A stretch of 64,000 nucleotides of DNA from Bacteroidales bacterium UBA3808 (GTDB taxonomy: Bacteria > Bacteroidota > Bacteroidia > Bacteroidales > Paludibacteraceae): assembly GCA_002369075.1 (NCBI GenBank), contig DFEG01000010.1, positions 2 through 64,001 on the forward strand, written 5' to 3'. A model generated the notes under the pieces. The model saw nothing but the letters and a program-made list of their open reading frames with translations, did not search any database and had not been told where the DNA came from. A program made the translations under genes and the position numbers. Of this stretch, positions 48,135-56,020 are shown one piece after another. Every line of letters starts with the position of its first letter. The first letter of the stretch is position 1.

Positions 48135-48177
48135 CGTTACAAACTTTTGGGTGTCTCCCAAAATTGTAGTACTTTTG
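48126..48177 (+). promoter_or_regulatory. Palindrome-promoter cassette 2 (AGTTTGTAACGTTACAAACT, TTTG, 20 nt, TACTTTTG)
   Basis: Perfect 20-bp palindrome at 48126-48145 overlapping the TAA stop at 48132-48134. -33 at 48146-48149 and -7 at 48170-48177. Confidence 0.7.
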
Positions 48178-48212
48178 CAGTGGATTTCAAAATCTGCTGC
48201 AATTTTTGTATT

Positions 48213-49805
48213 ATGATGAACGTTAATTCCAATATGAGAGACATGCTTCACTACCCAAAATTTCAAATGGGTATAGTGAAAGATTTTACGCTGGGTTTCA
48301 TTAAACGACACCCGCAAGTGAAGCAAGAGCAACTGACGGTGGCCTTGGATCTGAGTAAAGCTGTCCATGTCATCACCAACATCTTCCTCAAAGAAGCGGC
48401 ACGCGGTCATATCTTCTATGACACACTTTTCTTATCCCTCTTGTCCAAACAAGAACTTCCCGCGTCTTTTTATATGGAAGACCGCCGCATCGCCAGTTTC
48501 TTCGCGCACAAGAGTGCTTTCCAAGATATGGATTGGGACTTCATCTATAAATACACGACCTACCATGTCAAGGCCTATCTGCTCTGCTACGATTTCTGTA
48601 ACGACATGTTGAGACATTATGATGAACTGATAAACGACCTCTACGTGATCAGTTGTATCTCAAGCCTCTCTTCCAAACAAGAAATCTATCGAGCACAATC
48701 GGCAACGGAGATCCTCACCAATGCTATTCAATCACATGCCAATGAACTTATCCGAACGATGGAACACAAAGGACAACTCCCTTACGTCCACACATCTAAC
48801 AACCTCGATGAGATCCTTGCCCGTCTTCCCAAACAACCCGAACTGCCACAATCGCTCTCTTACAAACCTATCGTGTCAGTAGACGATGATATAAGAATCG
48901 ATGTAACCGGTCCTGCGAAAGGAAAGAAGACCGAACCAAAGAGTGAACCAACGAATATCTTTGATAACCAATCTGCTCGTCCAAAAGGCTTTTCTGCTAT
49001 AGCGGGAATGACCGAACTCAAAGATAAATTCCGCTCCGATATCATCGACGTATTACGTGAACCGGAACGAGCCAGAGCATTAAACATCACACTGCCCAAT
49101 GGCGCCCTTCTATACGGTCCTCCGGGTTGTGGCAAGACGTTCTTTGCGGAGAAACTGGCTGAAGAAGCAGGGTGTCATTTCATAACAGTTAACTGCTCCG
49201 ATATCGCTTCTACTTTTATCCACGGCACACAAAAACTCATCGCGGAGAAGTTTGCCGAAGCTGAGGAAAACAAACCTTCCATCATCTTCTTCGATGAGAT
49301 TGACGCGATGATTCCCAAACGCAATGCACGCGGTTCTGAATACACTAAGACCGAAGTGAATGAGTTCCTCACTCAGCTCAATCATTGTGGTCGTAAAGGA
49401 ATAATCGCTATAGGAGCTACGAACCGCCCGCAAGATGTGGACGAAGCAGCACTCCGCTCAGGCCGTTTGGAATTGAAATATTACCTTCCGGAACCGGATA
49501 GAGAGACACGTCTGGTGATGTTCGGCATCAATCTGCATCATACCTCGTTTAGAGGCAGTATCGATCTGGAGAAGTTAGCAGATCAGACTGAAGGCTATGT
49601 ATCTGCCGATATCGAACGAATTGTCGCAGAAACCAAACGCACCGCCTTCCGCAAAAGAATGGATCATATCACGATGGACATGCTGGAAGAAACTATCCGA
49701 ACAACCAAACCATCTGTACCCAAATCTACAATCAAAGAATGTGAAGCCATTCGTGATAAGTTCGAAGGCCGCAAACCCGAATACCAACGTATTGGATTCT
49801 GTTAA
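48213..49805 (+). CDS. Classical-clade AAA+ ATPase (CDC48/FtsH-like module) with a ~270-aa N-terminal domain of unknown function
   Basis: Walker A GPPGCGKTFFAEKLAEE, Walker B IIFFDEIDAM, and SRH ATNRPQDVDEAALRSGRLE. Start taken at the ATG at 48213, downstream of the promoter. Confidence 0.8.
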   Translation: MMNVNSNMRDMLHYPKFQMGIVKDFTLGFIKRHPQVKQEQLTVALDLSKAVHVITNIFLKEAARGHIFYDTLFLSLLSKQELPASFYMEDRRIASFFAHKSAFQDMDWDFIYKYTTYHVKAYLLCYDFCNDMLRHYDELINDLYVISCISSLSSKQEIYRAQSATEILTNAIQSHANELIRTMEHKGQLPYVHTSNNLDEILARLPKQPELPQSLSYKPIVSVDDDIRIDVTGPAKGKKTEPKSEPTNIFDNQSARPKGFSAIAGMTELKDKFRSDIIDVLREPERARALNITLPNGALLYGPPGCGKTFFAEKLAEEAGCHFITVNCSDIASTFIHGTQKLIAEKFAEAEENKPSIIFFDEIDAMIPKRNARGSEYTKTEVNEFLTQLNHCGRKGIIAIGATNRPQDVDEAALRSGRLELKYYLPEPDRETRLVMFGINLHHTSFRGSIDLEKLADQTEGYVSADIERIVAETKRTAFRKRMDHITMDMLEETIRTTKPSVPKSTIKECEAIRDKFEGRKPEYQRIGFC

Positions 49806-49837
49806 TATATTGTCTAACCCTCAAAAATTATTGAACT

Positions 49838-50545
49838 ATGGAAACAACTGCAAAAACCCAAGTCTACAACCTCGTTATCCTCGACAAATCCGGTTCCATG
49901 GAATCGATCCGCAAAGAAGCCATTGACGGCTACAACGAAACACTCGGCACAATACGTGCTGCCCAACTCAAACACATGGATACTCAAGATCATTTCGTCT
50001 CACTCGCGGCTTTCTGCGGTTGCGGCATCGAGATGATCTACGACAAAACACCCATCAAAGACGCCGATAAACTAACTCGGGAAAAGTACGAACCCTGTTG
50101 CAGCACTCCTCTCTTTGATGCCATCGGTTCTACCATCAAAAAACTCAAACACGATATTAAAGATATCGAAGACGCGGCTGTCCTCGTTACAGTCATCACC
50201 GACGGGTACGAAAATTCGTCCAAAGAATGGACCGGTCCGGCTATCAAGAAACTCGTTGACGAGTGCAAGCAAGACGGTTGGATGTTTGCCTTCATCGGTT
50301 CCGGAGAAGACGTCCTTAAAGTGGCCACTACTATCTCCATCACTAACACCCTCAACTGGGAGAAGACGCGCCGTGGTACTGAGGTTATGTTCTCCCTTGC
50401 CAGCGAAGCCAGCGAACGGTTCTATGACAAGATGGCCATTAACGAATGTATCAATGAAAACTATGAAGACCGCAAACGTAAGCGTCGGCAGTTTGCTGAA
50501 GAGTATTTCGATGAAGAAAAGAAACCCGATGCCCCATGCAAATAA
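49838..50545 (+). CDS. von Willebrand factor A (vWA, TerY-like size) domain protein
   Basis: MIDAS motif LVILDKSGSM; 235 aa. Confidence 0.7.
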   Translation: METTAKTQVYNLVILDKSGSMESIRKEAIDGYNETLGTIRAAQLKHMDTQDHFVSLAAFCGCGIEMIYDKTPIKDADKLTREKYEPCCSTPLFDAIGSTIKKLKHDIKDIEDAAVLVTVITDGYENSSKEWTGPAIKKLVDECKQDGWMFAFIGSGEDVLKVATTISITNTLNWEKTRRGTEVMFSLASEASERFYDKMAINECINENYEDRKRKRRQFAEEYFDEEKKPDAPCK

Positions 50546-50994
50546 CCAATTACACATTCGCGAACATTACCGCTCGTCCGTTCTTGACACTCAATGATGC
50601 CAACAACCCATGGATCTTAACAGACTCCACCAAACACATTATTGACGTGTGCATGTACCGAGAACCGGAACTACAAGATCTCTTTCGTGCAAAAGGCATA
50701 ACCTTCGATTGGTTCCCTACCGATGAACAGCCGATGGATCTGGATATGGTACTCAGAGCGGTCGCCAAACTCGCCGAGTATGATCGTGATGGCTCACATA
50801 TCATCGTACATTGTTTAGGTGGTAACAACCGCTCTCGAACTGTCGTTGAAGCCTTCCACTTCGCAAAACTTGGCACGCATTTTGAAGATGAGTATAAAGG
50901 CTGCACGAACCACCTCATCTGGAACTGCGAGCAAGGCTATTTACCTCCTCTATCGGAGATGGAAAAATTATTGACTAAAATAAAAGACCATTGA
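50536..50994 (+). CDS. Cys-based (CX5R) dual-specificity/tyrosine protein phosphatase-like protein
   Basis: IIVHCLGGNNRSRTV matches HCxxGxxRS/T. Overlaps the vWA gene by 10 nt. Confidence 0.65.
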   Translation: MQITNYTFANITARPFLTLNDANNPWILTDSTKHIIDVCMYREPELQDLFRAKGITFDWFPTDEQPMDLDMVLRAVAKLAEYDRDGSHIIVHCLGGNNRSRTVVEAFHFAKLGTHFEDEYKGCTNHLIWNCEQGYLPPLSEMEKLLTKIKDH

Positions 50995-50997
50995 CTT

Positions 50998-51660
50998 ATG
51001 AAAAAGATTTTATTTGTACTTTCTCTGCTGGTGTCATTAGGCATCTACGCACAGAACAGTAATGAAGAAGCATTGCAGGATCTTATCAATGTTCGCCAAA
51101 AGAGCATTGAGTTTTACAAGTCATATCCGCAACAATTGGCGGACGCTGCTCGCAGTTTGGAAAACCCCAACGTGGTCTATGACCCGTCCTATGTAAGAAT
51201 TGCATATCCCAATGGAGATGTGGCTTCCGACCATGGTGTCTGCACTGATGTGGTTATCCGTGCTTTCCGTAAAGCTTGGGGATGGGATTTGCAGAAAACT
51301 ATCTATGAGTTTCAGAAAGAGCAGTTCCCTAATCGCAAGTTAGATAGAAACATCGACCACCGTCGCGTGCGTAATCTTATGGAGTTCTTTGATGCGTACT
51401 TTGATATGACCCAACTCTACAACACCTATGAGAATGAATATCGCAAAGGGAATATAATTATTTGGGATTTAGGTGGCGGTCAACTGCATATAGGTATCTG
51501 TGTAGCCAACGATACCATTATTCATAATATCTGTTGCGGACAGGTAATTGAACCGATGTATATGCAGGACAGAGTTATACGCAATTATTCGTTCGAACCT
51601 GACTTTCATCGGACAATCATGACTGGTTATATGAGACAATGGGAAGATTTATCGAAATAA
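50998..51660 (+). CDS. DUF1287 domain-containing secreted protein
   Basis: Signal peptide, then YPNGDVASDHGVCTDVVIRAFRKAWGWDLQK...HIGIC, the DUF1287 pattern. Confidence 0.65.
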   Translation: MKKILFVLSLLVSLGIYAQNSNEEALQDLINVRQKSIEFYKSYPQQLADAARSLENPNVVYDPSYVRIAYPNGDVASDHGVCTDVVIRAFRKAWGWDLQKTIYEFQKEQFPNRKLDRNIDHRRVRNLMEFFDAYFDMTQLYNTYENEYRKGNIIIWDLGGGQLHIGICVANDTIIHNICCGQVIEPMYMQDRVIRNYSFEPDFHRTIMTGYMRQWEDLSK

Positions 51661-51914
51661 TTTGCATAACGATTCAGCAGAAATGTCGGCGGCATTATTT
51701 GGGATGTGGGTCGCTACCACGTTTCACGTTGCGGTTTCTGCCATCTTGCAATGACAGTGGCATTGTTAGCGTGTAGGGTCGCAACCTTGCTCTACGTAGC
51801 GGTTGCAAGGAATCGTTTCAAAGAGACGTCTGCGGCTTTGTTGGCGCAAGGTTAACACCTACTCCATGTAGCGGTCTCTTTGGCTCCCGAAGTTCACCCT
51901 TCGGGAGTTTTTTT
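51661..51914 (+). ncRNA. Candidate structured RNA or 3'-UTR element ending in a strong intrinsic terminator
   Basis: Nested helices: 51668-75/51810-17, 51678-83/51735-40, 51781-86/51801-06 and 51820-27/51874-81. Three (A/C)(C/T)GT(T/A)GCGGT repeats. The terminator is ctcccgaa/ttcgggag plus T7 (51884-51914). Confidence 0.4.
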
Positions 51915-51959
51915 CTTTCCTAAAATTTTCTGCTTAAACACTTACATTCTGCAAATAAA

Positions 51960-51991
51960 TTTGCACATGTCAATTTTTTTTTGTACCTTTG
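51960..51991 (+). promoter_or_regulatory. Promoter (TTTG, 20 nt, TACCTTTG) of the PARG-like/NUDIX operon
   Basis: -33 at 51960-51963 and -7 at 51984-51991. Confidence 0.6.
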
Positions 51992-52020
51992 CGCCGATAA
52001 CGACGCAAACAAACAGAAAC

Positions 52021-52845
52021 ATGGATCGCAGAGCATATCTTATATCGGTTTTTGACGATACGTTGGAGCGTATCAATGGTGACTTTGAATTGCACAAAGC
52101 GCAGCAGCAATCCATAGCCGCGCAGAAGCTGATTCTCGAAAAGGAATCGTTAGATATTCCGGCACCAAGGTTTGACGAGAAGGCACAAGTCCTTGTGACG
52201 AAGAACCGTTCCTTTGAAGCAGCAGCGCAATACATGGAGCAACATGTGTGCGTGCTGAATTTCGCTTCGGCAACTAATCCCGGCGGAGGTGTGACGCATG
52301 GTTCGTCCGCACAAGAGGAATGTCTGTGCCGTTGCTCCACCTTATACAACTGCCTGAACACGCGCGCCATGTGGGATGGGTTCTACACGCCGCATCGTCA
52401 TTCCGGCAATCCGTTGCATAACGATGACATCATCTTCACGCCCAACGTACAAGTGCTAAAAGACGATGACTACCAGCCATTGGTGGACCCGTTTGCGGTG
52501 GATGTCATCACTTGTGCGGCACCGAACCTCCGTGAGCAACCGGCTAATCCCTATAATCCGGACGACGGCGATTCGAAGCGCATCAGCAAGGACAAGTTGT
52601 ACCAACTGCACAAGCAACGTGCACGTCGTATCTTAACGGTGGCTGCGCAGAACGAAGCAGATGTGCTAATATTGGGCGCGTTTGGTTGCGGAGCCTTCCA
52701 GAACGACCCGCAAGTGGTGGCTCGTGCATACAACGATGTGCTGGCAGAGTTCAGCCATCATTTCCGAACGATTGAGTTTGCGGTCTATTGCCGCCCGCAC
52801 GACGACAGCAACTACCGCGCATTTAAGGAGATTATAAGAGTATGA
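52021..52845 (+). CDS. TIGR02452/DUF2263 family protein (microbial PARG-like macrodomain fold)
   Basis: VLNFASATNPGGGVTHGSSAQEECLCRCSTLY and LILGAFGCGAFQNDP. Confidence 0.7.
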   Translation: MDRRAYLISVFDDTLERINGDFELHKAQQQSIAAQKLILEKESLDIPAPRFDEKAQVLVTKNRSFEAAAQYMEQHVCVLNFASATNPGGGVTHGSSAQEECLCRCSTLYNCLNTRAMWDGFYTPHRHSGNPLHNDDIIFTPNVQVLKDDDYQPLVDPFAVDVITCAAPNLREQPANPYNPDDGDSKRISKDKLYQLHKQRARRILTVAAQNEADVLILGAFGCGAFQNDPQVVARAYNDVLAEFSHHFRTIEFAVYCRPHDDSNYRAFKEIIRV

Positions 52846-53303
52846 AAGACTATAAACTAACAGAAGACGGGCTATATGCCTACCAGTATCCGCGTGCATC
52901 GGTAACGGCAGATGCTGTGCTTTTTGCTGAGTGCGAAGGGCAGATGTACGTGCTACTTATCCAACGCGGCAACGACCCATACAAAGGCTATTGGGCATTC
53001 CCCGGTGGCTTCCTCAATATGGATGAGACGGTTGCTCGTTGTGCAGAGCGTGAATTAGAGGAAGAAACAGGTATTGTGCTGACCGGTATGCAACTCGCAG
53101 GAGTTTATTCCGACGTGGAGCGTGATCCGCGTGGACGTGTTATCACAGCAGCCTATACAGCCATGACTACCATGCCGGAGGCAACTGCCGCAGACGATGC
53201 TGCTGCGGCTAAATGGTGGCCGCTGAATGACTTACCGCCGTTAGCCTTCGACCATGAGACAATTTTACGGGACGCAAAACGAGTAATGAATATTAAAGAT
53301 TAA
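52842..53303 (+). CDS. NUDIX hydrolase (ADP-ribose pyrophosphatase-like)
   Basis: Nudix box GGFLNMDETVARCAERELEEETG. 4-nt overlap with the upstream gene. Confidence 0.8.
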   Translation: MKDYKLTEDGLYAYQYPRASVTADAVLFAECEGQMYVLLIQRGNDPYKGYWAFPGGFLNMDETVARCAERELEEETGIVLTGMQLAGVYSDVERDPRGRVITAAYTAMTTMPEATAADDAAAAKWWPLNDLPPLAFDHETILRDAKRVMNIKD

Positions 53304-53307
53304 AGAT

Positions 53308-53628
53308 ATGATAGTTACTACCACACCCACCATTGAGGGTCACACCATTAAGGAGTACAAAGGTCTTGTTTCCGGAGAGGTTATCTTCGGCATGAACTTC
53401 CTGAAGGACTTTGGCGCGTCGCTTCGTGATTTCTTCGGAGGACGTACCGACAGTTATGAAAAAGCTATGCTCGAAGGACGCGAGACCGCGCAGAAAGAGA
53501 TGCGCGAGCGCGCTGAGAAACTGGGTGCCAATGCCATCGTGGGTGTTAGCTTTGGCTATGAGACGATGGGTCAAGCCAACAGTATGATTATGATCTCCAT
53601 CAGCGGCACAGCCGTTGTGATTGACTAA
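53308..53628 (+). CDS. YbjQ/UPF0145 family protein
   Basis: TTTPTIEGHTIKEYKGLVSGEVI...FFGGR...GANAIVGV. Confidence 0.85.
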   Translation: MIVTTTPTIEGHTIKEYKGLVSGEVIFGMNFLKDFGASLRDFFGGRTDSYEKAMLEGRETAQKEMRERAEKLGANAIVGVSFGYETMGQANSMIMISISGTAVVID

Positions 53629-53834
53629 TGAAGTTAGAGGAAGCGATAACATATGCCATCATGTCGGATGGTCATGGAAAGACGACTGACCAGATAGCCG
53701 CCGCTATCAACCGCAATGGTTGGCACATCCGCAAGGACGGCAAGCCCGTCACGAGTGCACAGGTCTATGCCTGTATTTGCCGTTATCCTTCCATCTTCAC
53801 TAAAGAGGCAGGCAGAATCTGCGTGATGTTATAG
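53628..53834 (+). CDS. Small hypothetical protein (possible winged-helix)
   Basis: 68-aa ORF overlapping the ybjQ-like stop codon. Confidence 0.4.
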   Translation: MKLEEAITYAIMSDGHGKTTDQIAAAINRNGWHIRKDGKPVTSAQVYACICRYPSIFTKEAGRICVML

Positions 53835-53837
53835 AAT

Positions 53838-54455
53838 ATGAATATGACTTTCGAACAGATATATAATCAGATGCAGTGGACGCGTGAGCCCGCGAGAGTA
53901 GAAGAGAAAGACGGTGTGATTGCCGTCACCACTAAACCGCATACCGATCTCTGGCAGCGGACGTACTACCACTTCAGGAATGACAATGCGCCAGTTTTGC
54001 AGATGAGGACAAGTGAGCGGTTCTTTTCGTTTGTCGTCAAGACCGACTTTTCGCAGAGCCACCATCGGTTCGACCAGTGCGGTATTGTGATGTACCTCGA
54101 CAGCGAGAACTGGCTCAAAGCGTCTGTGGAGTACGAGAACGAGCAGTTCCAACATCTCGGTTCGGTCGTTACCAACGGCGGCTACTCGGATTGGGCTACT
54201 ACCGCTATCCCTGCGGATGTAAAAACGATGTGGTACCGTTTCTCGCGACGGGAGGACGATTATTGCATCGAGAGTTCTACGGACGGCGTACATTTCAGCC
54301 AGATGCGCATCTGCCACATGCACTTAGGTATAGGAGAAATACGTTTCGGTATCTATGCCTGTTCGCCGGAAGAATCGTCGTTCACGGCTTTGTTCTCAGA
54401 TATGCAAATCACCGCCTGCGCATGGCATGCCCATGACGGACAGCAACCGGATTAG
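53838..54455 (+). CDS. DUF1349 (Ren1-like, concanavalin-fold) protein
   Basis: WTREPARVEEKDGVIAVTTKPHTDLWQRTYYHFRNDNAP...FDQCGIVMYLDSENWLKASVEYE. Confidence 0.7.
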   Translation: MNMTFEQIYNQMQWTREPARVEEKDGVIAVTTKPHTDLWQRTYYHFRNDNAPVLQMRTSERFFSFVVKTDFSQSHHRFDQCGIVMYLDSENWLKASVEYENEQFQHLGSVVTNGGYSDWATTAIPADVKTMWYRFSRREDDYCIESSTDGVHFSQMRICHMHLGIGEIRFGIYACSPEESSFTALFSDMQITACAWHAHDGQQPD

Positions 54456-54502
54456 ATTTGATATAACTTTTAAAATAAAATGGATAAGTTAAAAGAACTG
54501 AT

Positions 54503-55045
54503 ATGATAGACCAGATTATTGATTTTAACAAGACATTCGTGGCGCAGAAGGGCTATGAGAAGTATGTGACCGACAAGTATCCCGACAAGAAATTAGCCGT
54601 TCTGACGTGCATGGACACGCGTCTGACGGAGTTGCTTCCGGCGGCACTTGGATTGAAGAACGGCGATGCTAAGATTATTAAGAATGCCGGCGGGCTGATC
54701 ATTACGCCCTTTGATTCGGCGATGCGCAGTCTCATTGTGGCCATCTACGAATTAGGCGTGGAGGAAATCATGGTAGTAGCGCACAGCCAATGCGGAGCGT
54801 GTCACATGAGTTACAGTCATTTCCACCACGTCATGAAAGCGCGCGGCATAAAAGACGAGACACTCGATACCATCCGCGAATGCGGCATTGACCTCAACCA
54901 CTGGCTCGAAGGTTTCCGCGACACAGAGACATCCGTTCGCAAGACCGTCAAGACCATTCAGACCCATCCGCTCATTCCCAAGGATATCACCGTCCGCGGT
55001 TTTATCATCGACTCCGTTACCGGCGCATTGGAGGAGATTAACTAA
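54503..55045 (+). CDS. Beta-class carbonic anhydrase-like protein
   Basis: LTCMDTRL, IIKNAGG and VVAHSQCGA motifs. Confidence 0.7.
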   Translation: MIDQIIDFNKTFVAQKGYEKYVTDKYPDKKLAVLTCMDTRLTELLPAALGLKNGDAKIIKNAGGLIITPFDSAMRSLIVAIYELGVEEIMVVAHSQCGACHMSYSHFHHVMKARGIKDETLDTIRECGIDLNHWLEGFRDTETSVRKTVKTIQTHPLIPKDITVRGFIIDSVTGALEEIN

Positions 55046-55524
55046 TGGCTCAGAAGATACAGAAAACGAATGTGTGTCGGCTGCTGGATGCCGCAGGGAT
55101 TGCATATGAACTGATTGAGTATGCCGTAGATGAGTCGGACTTGAGCGCAACGCATGTGGCGGAACAGTTAGGCGAAGATGTGGATGCCGTATTCAAGACC
55201 ATCGTGCTGGAGGGCGACAAAACCAAGCATTTTGTATGTGTCGTGCCGGGTGCGTGTGAGGTGGACTTGAAAAAAGCGGCTCGTGCCAGCGGCAATAAGT
55301 CCTGCAAACCGATTCCGCAGAAGGAACTGCTGCCGCTCACAGGTTATATTCGTGGCGGTTGTTGCCCGATAGGAATGAAGAAACCATTCCCGTCGTACAT
55401 CGACGAGACTTGTCTGCTGCATGAGAAGATATATGTCTCTGCCGGACAGCGCGGCATGCAACTCCGCCTCGCTCCGCAAGACCTAATTAAATACGTACCA
55501 TTAGAAATTAGTGATTTGATATAG
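55045..55524 (+). CDS. ybaK: Cys-tRNA(Pro)/Cys-tRNA(Cys) deacylase YbaK
   Basis: TNVCRLLDAAGIAYELIEY...KTIVLEGDKTKHFVCVVPG...TGYIRGGCCPIGMKK. Confidence 0.8.
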   Translation: MAQKIQKTNVCRLLDAAGIAYELIEYAVDESDLSATHVAEQLGEDVDAVFKTIVLEGDKTKHFVCVVPGACEVDLKKAARASGNKSCKPIPQKELLPLTGYIRGGCCPIGMKKPFPSYIDETCLLHEKIYVSAGQRGMQLRLAPQDLIKYVPLEISDLI

Positions 55525-55525
55525 T

Positions 55526-56020
55526 ATGCATCGTACCATCCGACTTGCGACATACGAAGACATCCCTGCTATCATGCCGGTAATAGATGCAGCGCGGGAG
55601 ATGATGCACGCTTCGGGTAACGTGAACCAATGGATAAACGGTTATCCGTCGGAGGATGTTATCCAAGCGGACATTGCTCGTGAAGGCGGCTTTGTGGTCA
55701 CAGATGACGAGCGGATAGTGGCATACTTTGCCTTTCTCCCTGCACCGGAACCGACTTATGCGCAAATTTATGAAGGTGCATGGTTGAACGACGAACCATA
55801 CTATGTCATCCATCGTTTGGCAAGTTGGCCGGAAGTACATGGGATATGGGATTGCGTGCTCAAGTGGGCTTTTGAACGGACACATACGCTTCGCGTAGAT
55901 ACCCATCGAGACAACCGTATTATGCAGCACAACATCCTCAAGCACGGGTTTACCTATTGCGGAATCATTTATTTACTTTCAGGCGACGAACGCCTGGCAT
56001 ACCAAAAGACGAGAATATGA
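55526..56020 (+). CDS. GNAT family N-acetyltransferase
   Basis: 164 aa; IRLATYEDIPAIMPVIDAAR... with a GNAT-like core. Confidence 0.6.
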   Translation: MHRTIRLATYEDIPAIMPVIDAAREMMHASGNVNQWINGYPSEDVIQADIAREGGFVVTDDERIVAYFAFLPAPEPTYAQIYEGAWLNDEPYYVIHRLASWPEVHGIWDCVLKWAFERTHTLRVDTHRDNRIMQHNILKHGFTYCGIIYLLSGDERLAYQKTRI

